Below are positions 19,683 through 28,865 of a stretch of 64,000 nucleotides of DNA, one piece after another. The notes below the pieces were generated by a model. The model had not been told where the DNA came from. It made no database searches and saw only the letters and a list, made by a program, of their open reading frames with translations. Position 1 is the stretch's first letter. Each line of letters begins with the position of its first letter. The position numbers and the translations under genes were made by a program. The DNA comes from Armatimonadota bacterium (GTDB lineage: Bacteria; Armatimonadota; UBA5829; DSUL01). The stretch spans positions 192,001 through 256,000 of the forward strand of contig JBDHZC010000003.1 of the NCBI GenBank assembly GCA_039811685.1, in the 5' to 3' direction.

Positions 19683-20651
19683 TCACCCGTCGTTTGTCCC
19701 ATTGATTCTTGGACTTTTCACCAAAGTCTCCTGATACTTCTCTGCGCTGTGCCGCCACACTGCTGCCAGCATACTGGCAATAAGAGAGTGGAACAGGCTG
19801 GATATGGCGCTTGGAATAGCGAAGGCCGGATTGGCGAAGCTGCCCCGCGCCAGGACCACTCCCAGTCCCGAGTTCTGCATTCCGACCTCAATGGAGACTG
19901 TTCGCGCGGTGATCTCTTCTCCTGTCATAAGCCGGGAGAGCGCATATCCGAACAAGAAACCGCCCGCGTGCAGGGAGGCCACCGCGGCAACCAGAGTCAA
20001 ACCCGAGCTCAATATGATAGATTTGCTTGCCCCGATAATGCTGGCGACAATAAGCGTAATCGCCAGCACAGCGACTAGCGGCGCTACCGGCAACAGGCTT
20101 CTGGTAAGCCGCGGCAAAAGGCGGTTCATTGCCAGCCCCAGGAAGACAGGCACAACAACGACTTTCAAGGTATCAATCAGCAACCCAATCCGGTCGACGT
20201 GAACATAGGCGCCGGCAAGCTCTCCGGTCAGGATTGGTGTCATGACGACCGCCAGAACTGTCGAACACGCCGTCATCGTGACGGAAAGCGGTACGTCAGC
20301 TTTAGCGATAAAGGATACTACATTCGACGCCGTCCCACCGGGACAACAGGAGACCAGTATCAGTCCGACTGCAAAAGGCTTGGGTAGATGATAAAGCCTT
20401 GCAAGAGACAGTCCGAGGGCTGGCATCACAGTGTACTGCAGCAAGACTCCGACCAGTACCTGTCGTGGCATTGTCAACACGCGCCGGAAATCCTCCAGCG
20501 TCAGTGTCAAGCCCATGCCGAGCATAATAACACCCAGCCCGATCGGGATCAGAGGTCCTGAAAACCAGGTGAAAAACTCCGGCTTCCACAACGCCAGCAG
20601 TCCGCAGGCGAGCACCCAGAGGGGAAAGCCGTTTACAAGCGCGACGAGCAT
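19683..20651 (-). CDS. Bile acid:sodium symporter (BASS) family transporter
   Basis: IMLGMGLTLT, LLQYTVMP, CCPGGTASNV, DVPLSVTMT, SIEVGMQNSGLG. The start could alternatively be 20684. Confidence 0.9.
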   Translation of the reverse strand: MLVALVNGFPLWVLACGLLALWKPEFFTWFSGPLIPIGLGVIMLGMGLTLTLEDFRRVLTMPRQVLVGVLLQYTVMPALGLSLARLYHLPKPFAVGLILVSCCPGGTASNVVSFIAKADVPLSVTMTACSTVLAVVMTPILTGELAGAYVHVDRIGLLIDTLKVVVVPVFLGLAMNRLLPRLTRSLLPVAPLVAVLAITLIVASIIGASKSIILSSGLTLVAAVASLHAGGFLFGYALSRLMTGEEITARTVSIEVGMQNSGLGVVLARGSFANPAFAIPSAISSLFHSLIASMLAAVWRHSAEKYQETLVKSPRINGTNDG

Positions 20652-20730
20652 AGCACAGCAAGGATAGCAGATTGAGGCAGACATCCGCCTGCCTCAACTC
20701 GCCTTTGACCATCTGTCCGAAGACGCGCGC

Positions 20731-23700
20731 CTAGTGAGTGGATATGTAGTCCGCCAGCGCCGGGAGTGCCGGGGCGATATTCGCGTTTGCCCACCCACAC
20801 TCGCCCAGAAGCCACGCTGCGCACCCGATAACGTAAGGGTCCTTCTTCATCTCCTGATCGTACCAGGTGTAGTCCATAATAAGCAACGGAGTCCCGACGA
20901 AGTTGTATCCGCCGTCCTGCCCCGTCTCCGTGAGCACGAGCGGGATAACCGCATTCCTGGGCGCCAGATAGTTGTACAGCTTGCGATAGCGTGTGACCAG
21001 ATCAGGACCGGCATTGGAGAGCAGGGCGTGCTGTCCCGGATCTGCCCACAGCCCGTATTCATGCAAACTCAGCATATGGCCACCGTGCGCGGCCGCCCGG
21101 GCGCAGGCGCGGGCGATGTCGGGGTAGTATGCCTCGGGCGGGTTGCCAACGGACGCCGACCATATCGCAAGCTTGAACCCGTCCGCCTCAGCCAGATCCA
21201 TCAGCGCAATGTAAAAGTCTGCCTGCCATGCCCAGTGCCAGGACCACTCGTTGCAGGCTTCCCACACGTCTATCCACGGATTTGCCTGCCAGATAGGCTT
21301 CACAAGCGAGTAGTAGAACGCCGCGACGGCCTCCGGAGACTGGTTCACATACCCATCCAGACCGCCCAGATCAACTGATCCAACCTGGTTGATCCGTCCT
21401 ACGGTCAGCGTGTATTTGTTGACCTGCTTCGCCTCATAGGCTGGGCTGAAGTCGTCCACGACCTTGATGACCCTTACTGGGTGAAGAGCGTTTGAGCACT
21501 GCTGCAGGAACTCAAGATACCCTGGCCGCGGTCCGCACACAACGTGCAGGCCAACTTTGCTGTAAGGAGACAGTGGATTGTTCACGACAATGGTCGTCAT
21601 CGTCGTAAGGTAAGAGTAACAGCCGGTGGCGCTGGAGGTCGCCCGAATAGAGAATTGGCTCGATGCCGCAATCGGGCCACTTGGCAGGTTGATTGATCCG
21701 CTGGTTCCTGCTACAGCACTGCCGACCGGAGATCCCTGCTTCAGCAGTTGATAGCTCACGCCCACTTCAGAAAAATCAACTGTGAATGTTGTGCTTCCAC
21801 CCGGATCAATCGGATTATTCGAGACAGACACATGCAAGCCTGCCGCAGGCGGCGCAGATACCGCTACGGATTGTTGGGTTGTGAGTCTGGCTGAGCAGGT
21901 CGAATGGTTCCGTGTAGCCAGCACGTCGAAAACGGTATTCTCCGAGATTGGGCCCGTCGGTAGCTCGATGCTCCCTCCGTTTCCAGCTATCGGGGCTCCC
22001 ACATTTACGAGATTGGTTCCTTTGCGAAGCTGATAGGACACGCCTGGTTCGGAGGACTGAACTCTGACGACAGTGGTCTGTCCTGGACAAAGCACGGAGT
22101 TGTCGATGGTGACAGGCAGGTTAGTCGCGGGACTCGTACATCCTGCCGTAATCTGCACAATGGCGGGCCGGATTTGCCCGGCGTTATCCGCAAAGGTTGT
22201 GACAGGCCCTGTGACGCGGTTGAATGCGCCTGGTGCTGGTTCATCTGGCCAGCCCAGGATTCTGAGCCCCTGCGTCGGTGCGCCGGACAGGTCGGTTCCG
22301 TCAATCAGAGCGCTACCGTCGTCCACGTAAAACGCGCCGTCCTGGACAGCGCCAAGCGTACCCCACACGCGTGCGAGAAGGCCGATGTTGTTGAGTCCCA
22401 CGCCGCCCTCGATGCCTGGGGAATAGTTGTTCAGATCTCCACCGCCAACCCGGGCATTGTTCATCCCCAGCGCTTCAACAGGATTGCTGCCGCCTGCCTG
22501 CACTTCTGAGATCACCTGAAGCCTGCGCTCACCGTCAACCGTGGAGATAGTTCCGGTTACATTTCGCAGACTGCCAATCGGTGGCAGCGTGCCGGACATA
22601 ACGCGCAGGGCGCTGGATCGGTCCGGCTCCTCGATCCAGTAAGATTGTCCTGTAGAAGCTGTGACTGGCTTTGCGCTCAGGCTGACAGTCTCTCCGTCGG
22701 CGAACGCTTTGGCCTGGCCAATTCTGGAAACCGGGTGTCCCGCGAGCACTGTCGCCGTCTGCTGTAGCGTGGCCGAACAGCCTGAGCCCGTGGACGCGGT
22801 AGCTCGGACGCTGAACTCAGAGGATGCGTTGACAGGACCAGTGGAAAGATAGACCGTCCCGCCGTTACCGGCAACTGGCGTTCCGATGTTGGTTCCGTTT
22901 TTCTGTAACTGGTAATAGACTCCTCGCTCAGAGGGCGCTACTGCCACCTGCGTTGCGCTGCCAGGCTCCACGACGCCAGCCACGGGAGTGACCGAAGGTA
23001 ACGCGGATGGTTGGACGCAGGGCGCTGAAGGATCGCTCGGGTCCAGAGCTCCGCTTGTTTTCAGACGAAAAAAGTCAACGTCCATAGAACCCAGACCCGG
23101 CTGACTCAGACTACCGATATAGACGACGCCGCCCGATGCTGGAGCGATGCCTTTGGAAGCCAGTGTCCAACCGGAAGGGCTGAATGTGTAGAGCCAGTAT
23201 TTTCCGCCCGCAACCCTTGCCCACAGCTCGATCCACTGGTTGACTGGCAGCGGAAGCGAGGATGGCCAGCCGGAGTCCGGTGTGCCTGTGCGGATTTTCA
23301 GGGACCCATCAGTGTAGCTCAGTCCAAGGCGGCCGTTGGCGACTCCGTCGTTGATCTGCAGCCCCATCGTGTCCGCGCTTCCCGCGCCGAATCTGACACG
23401 CGTATGCATCGTCACGCCCTGGACACTTGACCAGTTGCCTCTGTTAATGCGTCCCATCCGGCTGGAGGACGATTGATCCTGCAGATGCAACGCCAGCTCT
23501 CCGGTGTCTGCGACTGTGGATGTGACGCCGCTGGTGGGATCGGGCAACTCCAGCGTATAGGGAGCGATTAGCGGAAGCGTGCCTTCCAGGCGCTCATCCC
23601 AGTTGTCTGCCCTGGTAGCCGGGACTATCAGAAAGCAGAAAAGAAAAGCAATGGAAAGACCCGCTGCAAACAATCGAAGCGCACGAAAAAGACGTTCAGG

Positions 23701-23748
23701 GTAGGTGGCCAAGGTGGTGGATCTCCAGACAGCGCACAACGTGCTCAA
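20731..23748 (-). CDS. Secreted multidomain protein: LamG-like N-terminus, three Ig-like repeats, internal tandem OB-fold-like module, C-terminal clan GH-A-like TIM barrel
   Basis: Signal peptide ...PATRA-D. Repeats SERGVYYQL / SEPGVSYQL / SEVGVSYQL. Internal IGQAKAFADG...WIEEPDRSS...GLNNIGLL module. C-terminal WEACNE, LSLHEY, LVLTETG. Confidence 0.65.
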   Translation of the reverse strand: MSTLCAVWRSTTLATYPERLFRALRLFAAGLSIAFLFCFLIVPATRADNWDERLEGTLPLIAPYTLELPDPTSGVTSTVADTGELALHLQDQSSSSRMGRINRGNWSSVQGVTMHTRVRFGAGSADTMGLQINDGVANGRLGLSYTDGSLKIRTGTPDSGWPSSLPLPVNQWIELWARVAGGKYWLYTFSPSGWTLASKGIAPASGGVVYIGSLSQPGLGSMDVDFFRLKTSGALDPSDPSAPCVQPSALPSVTPVAGVVEPGSATQVAVAPSERGVYYQLQKNGTNIGTPVAGNGGTVYLSTGPVNASSEFSVRATASTGSGCSATLQQTATVLAGHPVSRIGQAKAFADGETVSLSAKPVTASTGQSYWIEEPDRSSALRVMSGTLPPIGSLRNVTGTISTVDGERRLQVISEVQAGGSNPVEALGMNNARVGGGDLNNYSPGIEGGVGLNNIGLLARVWGTLGAVQDGAFYVDDGSALIDGTDLSGAPTQGLRILGWPDEPAPGAFNRVTGPVTTFADNAGQIRPAIVQITAGCTSPATNLPVTIDNSVLCPGQTTVVRVQSSEPGVSYQLRKGTNLVNVGAPIAGNGGSIELPTGPISENTVFDVLATRNHSTCSARLTTQQSVAVSAPPAAGLHVSVSNNPIDPGGSTTFTVDFSEVGVSYQLLKQGSPVGSAVAGTSGSINLPSGPIAASSQFSIRATSSATGCYSYLTTMTTIVVNNPLSPYSKVGLHVVCGPRPGYLEFLQQCSNALHPVRVIKVVDDFSPAYEAKQVNKYTLTVGRINQVGSVDLGGLDGYVNQSPEAVAAFYYSLVKPIWQANPWIDVWEACNEWSWHWAWQADFYIALMDLAEADGFKLAIWSASVGNPPEAYYPDIARACARAAAHGGHMLSLHEYGLWADPGQHALLSNAGPDLVTRYRKLYNYLAPRNAVIPLVLTETGQDGGYNFVGTPLLIMDYTWYDQEMKKDPYVIGCAAWLLGECGWANANIAPALPALADYISTH

Positions 23749-23812
23749 ATAGCCCGTCCTTTGGAGTGAACTAACGCGCTATTGCCTGTACGCGCCGCCG
23801 CTGCCTGTTACT

Positions 23813-23841
23813 ATGGTAAGCGACAGGCGCTACTGTGTCAA
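23813..23841 (-). promoter_or_regulatory. sigma70-type promoter
   Basis: Minus strand TTGACA-17 nt-TACCAT, upstream of the gene starting at 23748. Confidence 0.55.
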
Positions 23842-24182
23842 CAGACTCTTGAGAAAACCGCTTTCTCTTCCAGCTTCAGCGGCTCCCAGGGGTGCGCAAC
23901 CGCCCACATTGGACGCCGTATCCCATAGCTCCGTCTCTCCCGCAGACAAGTGTTTCGCGTTCTTCTGCCTGTCGAGAACGATAGCCCGTCGTATTCGCGT
24001 GTCCGGCAGCAGTTGCCACTGATTACCAGACCTTCACTTATCGATTTCTTTGCCCAGCTCCAAACGACCCCGAAAATTGTTCATCACGCTCGACATCTCT
24101 AGCGTTTGGAGTGTGTCATCGGGTATCCTTATAGCGACACCGAGCCCACAGGGCCGGATGACTACACGTCTGGAGAACCGGC

Positions 24183-25634
24183 TTGTCCCTCAGGGTCTAT
24201 AACACCCTCACCCGCACCAAAGAAGATTTTGTGCCGCTCGTCCCCGGCTTTGTCCGCATGTACTGCTGCGGGCCGACTGTGTACGATCACGCTCACATAG
24301 GCCACGCCAAGCTTTACGTAGCAATGGATGTCGTTGTGCGCTATCTTCGCAGCAGCGGCTATAGCGTAAAGTACGTCCAGAACATCACGGACGTGGGGCA
24401 CCTCACAGATGACGCGGACAGTGGCGAGGACAAGGTAGAGCGTCGCGCTGCAGCCGAAAGCGTCGATCCCATGGAGCTGGTGGACAAATACACCAACAGC
24501 TTCTTTGAGGATATGGACGCTCTGAAAGTGCGCCGGCCCTCTATTGCGCCGCGCGCAAGCGCTCACATACCCGAACAGATTCAAATTATCCAGGACTTGA
24601 TTAACCGGGGAAGCGCCTATGAGGTGGATGGCTCCGTTTATTTTGATGTAACCAGCGCCGAGGACTATGGCAAGCTCTCCGGGCGGCGGCTGGAGGACAT
24701 GGAGGCTGGCGCGCGCGTTGAAGTGGACTCCAACAAGCGCCACCCGGGGGACTTTCTGCTCTGGAGAAAGGCCGCGCCGGAGCATATTCTGAAATGGCCG
24801 TCACCGTGGGGAATCGGTTATCCCGGCTGGCATATCGAGTGCTCGGCGATGGCAAAGCGCTATCTGGGAGAGACCTTCGATATCCACGGCGGGGGCCTAG
24901 AGAATATGTTCCCCCACAATGAGGATGAGATCGCTCAGAGTGAAGCTGCCAACTGTGCGCCGTTTGCCCGATACTGGATTCACGTCAATACGCTGACGGT
25001 CGGCGGACAGAAGATGGGCAAGTCGCTCGGAAACGCTATCTACATCAAAGAAGCGCTTGGCCGTTGGAGCCCGGAAGCCATTCGTTTTTTCATCCTCTCC
25101 ACACACTACCGCAGCGTGCTGGACGTAACAGAGGAAGCCCTGGACGCTGCCGAAACCGGTCTCAAGAGCCTGACCACGCTCTGGCGGCTTCTGAATGAAG
25201 CCCTGGCCAAAGCGGAAGACGGTGAGGAAGCAACAGACATAACTGAAGCCGTGGGCCATTTGAAGGGACGTTTTCGCGGCGCGATGGATGACGATTTCAA
25301 CACCTCTGCGGCGATGGCGGCGCTTTTTGATTTTCGCCGGGAACTCAACACGGCGCTGGGCGTCAAAGAAATACCCGCGCGACAATCGCTGGAAGCTGCC
25401 GCAAAGGCGCTGAGGGATACTGCGGGTGACGTTCTGGGTATTCTCAAAGAAGACAGCGCCACTGAGACTGATGATCTGGCGCCGCAGTTGATGGACGTTC
25501 TGATTTCAACACGCTCTGCGCTGCGAAAGGCCAAACAGTTCGAGCTGGCAGATAGAGTCCGCACGGAGCTTGCGGACGTTGGTGTGGAGTTGGAGGATCG
25601 AGCGGGTGAAACGGTCTGGCGAAGAAAGAGTTAG
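24183..25634 (+). CDS. cysS: Cysteine--tRNA ligase
   Basis: CGPTVYDHAHIGHA, NITDV, PGWHIECSAM, FPHNEDEIAQSE, KMGKSLGN, AMDDDFNT. Confidence 0.97.
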   Translation: MSLRVYNTLTRTKEDFVPLVPGFVRMYCCGPTVYDHAHIGHAKLYVAMDVVVRYLRSSGYSVKYVQNITDVGHLTDDADSGEDKVERRAAAESVDPMELVDKYTNSFFEDMDALKVRRPSIAPRASAHIPEQIQIIQDLINRGSAYEVDGSVYFDVTSAEDYGKLSGRRLEDMEAGARVEVDSNKRHPGDFLLWRKAAPEHILKWPSPWGIGYPGWHIECSAMAKRYLGETFDIHGGGLENMFPHNEDEIAQSEAANCAPFARYWIHVNTLTVGGQKMGKSLGNAIYIKEALGRWSPEAIRFFILSTHYRSVLDVTEEALDAAETGLKSLTTLWRLLNEALAKAEDGEEATDITEAVGHLKGRFRGAMDDDFNTSAAMAALFDFRRELNTALGVKEIPARQSLEAAAKALRDTAGDVLGILKEDSATETDDLAPQLMDVLISTRSALRKAKQFELADRVRTELADVGVELEDRAGETVWRRKS

Positions 25635-27096
25635 CGCTTCATCTGCCAGCGTCTTGAGCTGGCGGAGTGTTGCACTGGGTTGCGCCGCTCTGGCGGCCTG
25701 TACAGCCGGAGCGCTTTTCGGACTCGATCGCCATTTTGTTCTCAGCCAGAAGATCGCACAGGGTGTCAGCGTGGCAGGCATCTCCATTGGGGGTCTGAGC
25801 TACGAGCAGGTTGCCAACCTGCTTACAAAGAAAGCTCCTGCTCCCTCCTTTGTGCGCCTTGTCGTGAATCAGAACGCGGCCCCTATGAATCTGCCCGCCT
25901 CCTCTGTGGGCCTCAAGTACAATACACCAGAAGCGCTTTACATGGCGCAGGATATTGGGCGTAAAGGCTCGATTGTCCGTCGCTTCACGGATCGTCGCCG
26001 CGCGCGTGAGACGGGTGTCGCTCTTCCACTGCACGCAACCTACAACAAAGGCGCGCTGAAGTGGAGCCTGGACAACGCCGTTCGCAACCGTTTTGAAGTC
26101 AAACCTGTTAATGCGAGAATAGCGGTACAGTCCGGCGAACTGGTGAAGATATCCGGGCGCGATGGCATTGAGATTGACGTTCCCCGCACTCTGAAAAACG
26201 CTGTCTCTTTTGCCGTGACAAAGCCAACAGAGTACGTGGAATTGCCGGTCGCCCTGAAGACTGCCAGACCGCACATTACGCTGGAAGACTTGCAGCCAAT
26301 AGACAGCGTACTCGCCACCTACACTACCAGCTACAATCCGGGAAAACGTTCACGCACCAACAACCTGAGGTTGGCTGCAAAATCCATAAACGGCAGCTTG
26401 CTCAAACCCGGTGATACCTTCTCCTACAACGACACCGTGGGACCTCGTGTGCGAGAAACTGGCTACCAGGATGCTATTATCTTCGTCAAAGGTAAAATGG
26501 AGCAGGGGACCGGAGGCGGTATCTGCCAGGTATCCAGCACGTTGTACAACAGTGCGCTGCTCTCCGGGCTCAAGATCACTCAGCGCAGCAATCACTCCAT
26601 GCCAGTCGTTTATGTTCCCCCGGGGATGGATGCCACTGTAGCTTACGGGTCTCGTGACTTCAAGTTTCGCAATTCGCTGGGGCACACAATATATCTTCAG
26701 ATGGCAGCCAGCGGGTCGCGTCTCACGTCAACTATCTACGGGGCAGCATCAGACAAAAAGACTGTGAAGATTGTTAGAAAGGTCGGTCGCAGTGTGCGGC
26801 ACGGCACAATGACAGTGGTCAATCCATCTCTTCGGCCTGGCCGGCGAATTGTCAGCGAGCGCGGCCTGAACGGTGTGTCCGTGACGTGTCAGCGTGTAAT
26901 TGAAGAAAACGGCGAGCAGAAAGTAGACATGGTCTGGAGCAGCCGCTACCGGCCACACCCTACTCTTGTGGAAGTGGGGCCGCAACCCCGCCCGAAGCCA
27001 AAGTCTGATCCCAGGACTGCTGCGCCTGCAGGCGCCGCCTCTGCAGCGTCTGCTCAGCTTGGACGAGGGTTCTTCAGACAGGCTGTGACCAACTAG
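25606..27096 (+). CDS. VanW family protein (PG-binding_4 / VanW / G5-like domains)
   Basis: RTNNLRLAA..INGSLLKPGDTFSYNDTVGPR, GGGICQVSSTLYN, RSNHS..YVPPGMDATVAYG..DFKFRN. Probable GTG start at 25606 after GGAGG. Confidence 0.9.
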   Translation: MKRSGEERVSASSASVLSWRSVALGCAALAACTAGALFGLDRHFVLSQKIAQGVSVAGISIGGLSYEQVANLLTKKAPAPSFVRLVVNQNAAPMNLPASSVGLKYNTPEALYMAQDIGRKGSIVRRFTDRRRARETGVALPLHATYNKGALKWSLDNAVRNRFEVKPVNARIAVQSGELVKISGRDGIEIDVPRTLKNAVSFAVTKPTEYVELPVALKTARPHITLEDLQPIDSVLATYTTSYNPGKRSRTNNLRLAAKSINGSLLKPGDTFSYNDTVGPRVRETGYQDAIIFVKGKMEQGTGGGICQVSSTLYNSALLSGLKITQRSNHSMPVVYVPPGMDATVAYGSRDFKFRNSLGHTIYLQMAASGSRLTSTIYGAASDKKTVKIVRKVGRSVRHGTMTVVNPSLRPGRRIVSERGLNGVSVTCQRVIEENGEQKVDMVWSSRYRPHPTLVEVGPQPRPKPKSDPRTAAPAGAASAASAQLGRGFFRQAVTN

Positions 27097-27123
27097 CTTG
27101 GGTCGCGGCAAGGATCGCCTGCT

Positions 27124-28056
27124 TTGAGTCAACCGAGCGACGTCTCCGGCGCCGAGAGATTTTTTCACGCCGCCGCTTCGGGCGCAACAGCTCAACTAGC
27201 TGAACTCCTGCAACAACATCCCGAGTTGGTAAATGAGCGGGATGAACGCGGCCACACGGCCCTTCACCTTGTTGCACTCGGTGGGTGGAGCGCCGACGCT
27301 AACAGCGACTATGTCGAGGCGGCGAAGACACTGCTTGACGCTGGCGCAGATGTAGGTGCGCCTGCCAGTCACGAAAGCCTGGGAGACTCCAGCCCGCTGA
27401 TACTGGCTGCTTGTGGGGGAGGTCAGGATGCCGGATTGGCCCGTCTCTTGCTGGAGCGCGGCGCAGACCCAAACGCCACAAGCAGTGAAGGCGTGACGGC
27501 TTTGCAGGCTGCTGCAGAGCGCGGGGCACGGGCGATCTGCGACCTGTTGCTTACAAAAGGAGCCGAGCTAGATATTCACTCGGCGGCTGCGCTCGGGATG
27601 CGTCAACAGGTGCGTGAGATGTTGCGCAATGACGATGCACTTGCGCGAGAGAAAGACCGTTATCGCCGCGCGACTCCGCTCTACTACGCAGCGCTGCACA
27701 ATCAGAAAGAGATTGCGCAGCTTCTTCTGAACTTTGAAGCGGACATCAATGCCACAACGAACATGGGGAATACCGCTGTTCATGTGGCGTCTGCGGCTCC
27801 TGCGCGCCGGACCCTTGAGCTTCTGTTGGACAACGGTGGGGACGTGAACGCGCGCAACTACAAACTCCAGACTCCCCTGCACTATGCCGTTGAGGAGTGG
27901 TGGGCGGAGGGCTCAGAAACGGTCCGGCTGCTCATCGAGCGCGGCGCCAATGTCAGCGCAAAGGACGAAACCCGCCAGACTCCGCTTGCCAAAGCCCTTG
28001 CCCGGAACAAACTGCACATTGCTGAGATTCTTCGGGCTTCCGGCGCCAGAGATTGA
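27124..28056 (+). CDS. Ankyrin repeat protein
   Basis: Multiple G-x-T-A/P-L-H-x-A ... LL-x-x-GAD-x-N repeats. Confidence 0.9.
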   Translation: MSQPSDVSGAERFFHAAASGATAQLAELLQQHPELVNERDERGHTALHLVALGGWSADANSDYVEAAKTLLDAGADVGAPASHESLGDSSPLILAACGGGQDAGLARLLLERGADPNATSSEGVTALQAAAERGARAICDLLLTKGAELDIHSAAALGMRQQVREMLRNDDALAREKDRYRRATPLYYAALHNQKEIAQLLLNFEADINATTNMGNTAVHVASAAPARRTLELLLDNGGDVNARNYKLQTPLHYAVEEWWAEGSETVRLLIERGANVSAKDETRQTPLAKALARNKLHIAEILRASGARD

Positions 28057-28091
28057 CCCCCTGACCGCGCTTTGCGCCTGAACTGGGCTCT

Positions 28092-28118
28092 GTTTGGAGG
28101 TTTCGGATAAAAGGGTAT
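28092..28118 (+). promoter_or_regulatory. SigB/SigF-like stress promoter upstream of tpx
   Basis: GTTT-17 nt-GGGTAT. Confidence 0.45.
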
Positions 28119-28189
28119 GTAAGGTTCAGCGGCCGGCGTTCAGGCGTCAGCCGCGGACAATTTTACTGCGTGAGACGGAGGATTGGACG

Positions 28190-28708
28190 ATGGCTGGTCG
28201 GACTGTAACCATGCATGGCACGCCACTGCCGGTGTTAGGAGATGAACTCAAGAAGGGCGATAAAGCGCCGGACTTCAAGCTGCATAAGCTCACTGATGGT
28301 GGCGTGGGGGATGTCACGCTCTCTGACTTCAAGGGCAAAACGCTGATTCTCAGTGTGGTCCCATCGCTCGATACGCCTGTCTGTGAGATTCAGACGATGC
28401 GTTTCAATGAAGAGGCCGCGAAGCAGCCAGAGAACATAAGCGTGCTTACCGTCAGTATGGATCTTCCTTTTGCGCAGGGACGTTTCCGTGAGGAGCACAA
28501 AGCGCAGAAAGTCCAGTTTGGCTCCGATCATCGGGATGCGTCATTTGCCCGGGCTTACGGCACCCTGATCGAACCGTTACGCCTGGAGGCGAGGTCGATC
28601 TTCGTCGTCAATCCGGAAGGCGCGCTGGACTATGTGCAGTACGTCCCGGAGATCACAGATCAGCCAGACTACGATGCTGCCCTGAAAGCCGCCCGCAAAG
28701 AGGCCTGA
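28190..28708 (+). CDS. tpx: Thiol peroxidase (Tpx-type peroxiredoxin)
   Basis: VVPSLDTPVC, VSMDLPFAQGRF, YVPEITDQPDYDAAL; ATG at 28190 after GGAGG. The resolving Cys usually in FAQxRFC is replaced by Arg. Confidence 0.9.
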   Translation: MAGRTVTMHGTPLPVLGDELKKGDKAPDFKLHKLTDGGVGDVTLSDFKGKTLILSVVPSLDTPVCEIQTMRFNEEAAKQPENISVLTVSMDLPFAQGRFREEHKAQKVQFGSDHRDASFARAYGTLIEPLRLEARSIFVVNPEGALDYVQYVPEITDQPDYDAALKAARKEA

Positions 28709-28865
28709 GCGCTTCACACTCGAACGAAGGTAGATACTGAGCGCTGGCTGCGCGAATACGCCGGGTTGCTATCGTAGTACGCGACCTGGCCGCGCAGCCA
28801 GCCGCTTCCGGCTGTAGCGCGAACTTACCAGACACTCCCCGCACCGACGCAGCGAGAGCTCTGCA

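Noticed and set aside
13554..25634. Apparent sulfur 'island' (metY, TauE, cysS)
   Set aside because: The genes are in separate transcription units with unrelated genes between them, and the Rrf2-like box was seen only at metY.
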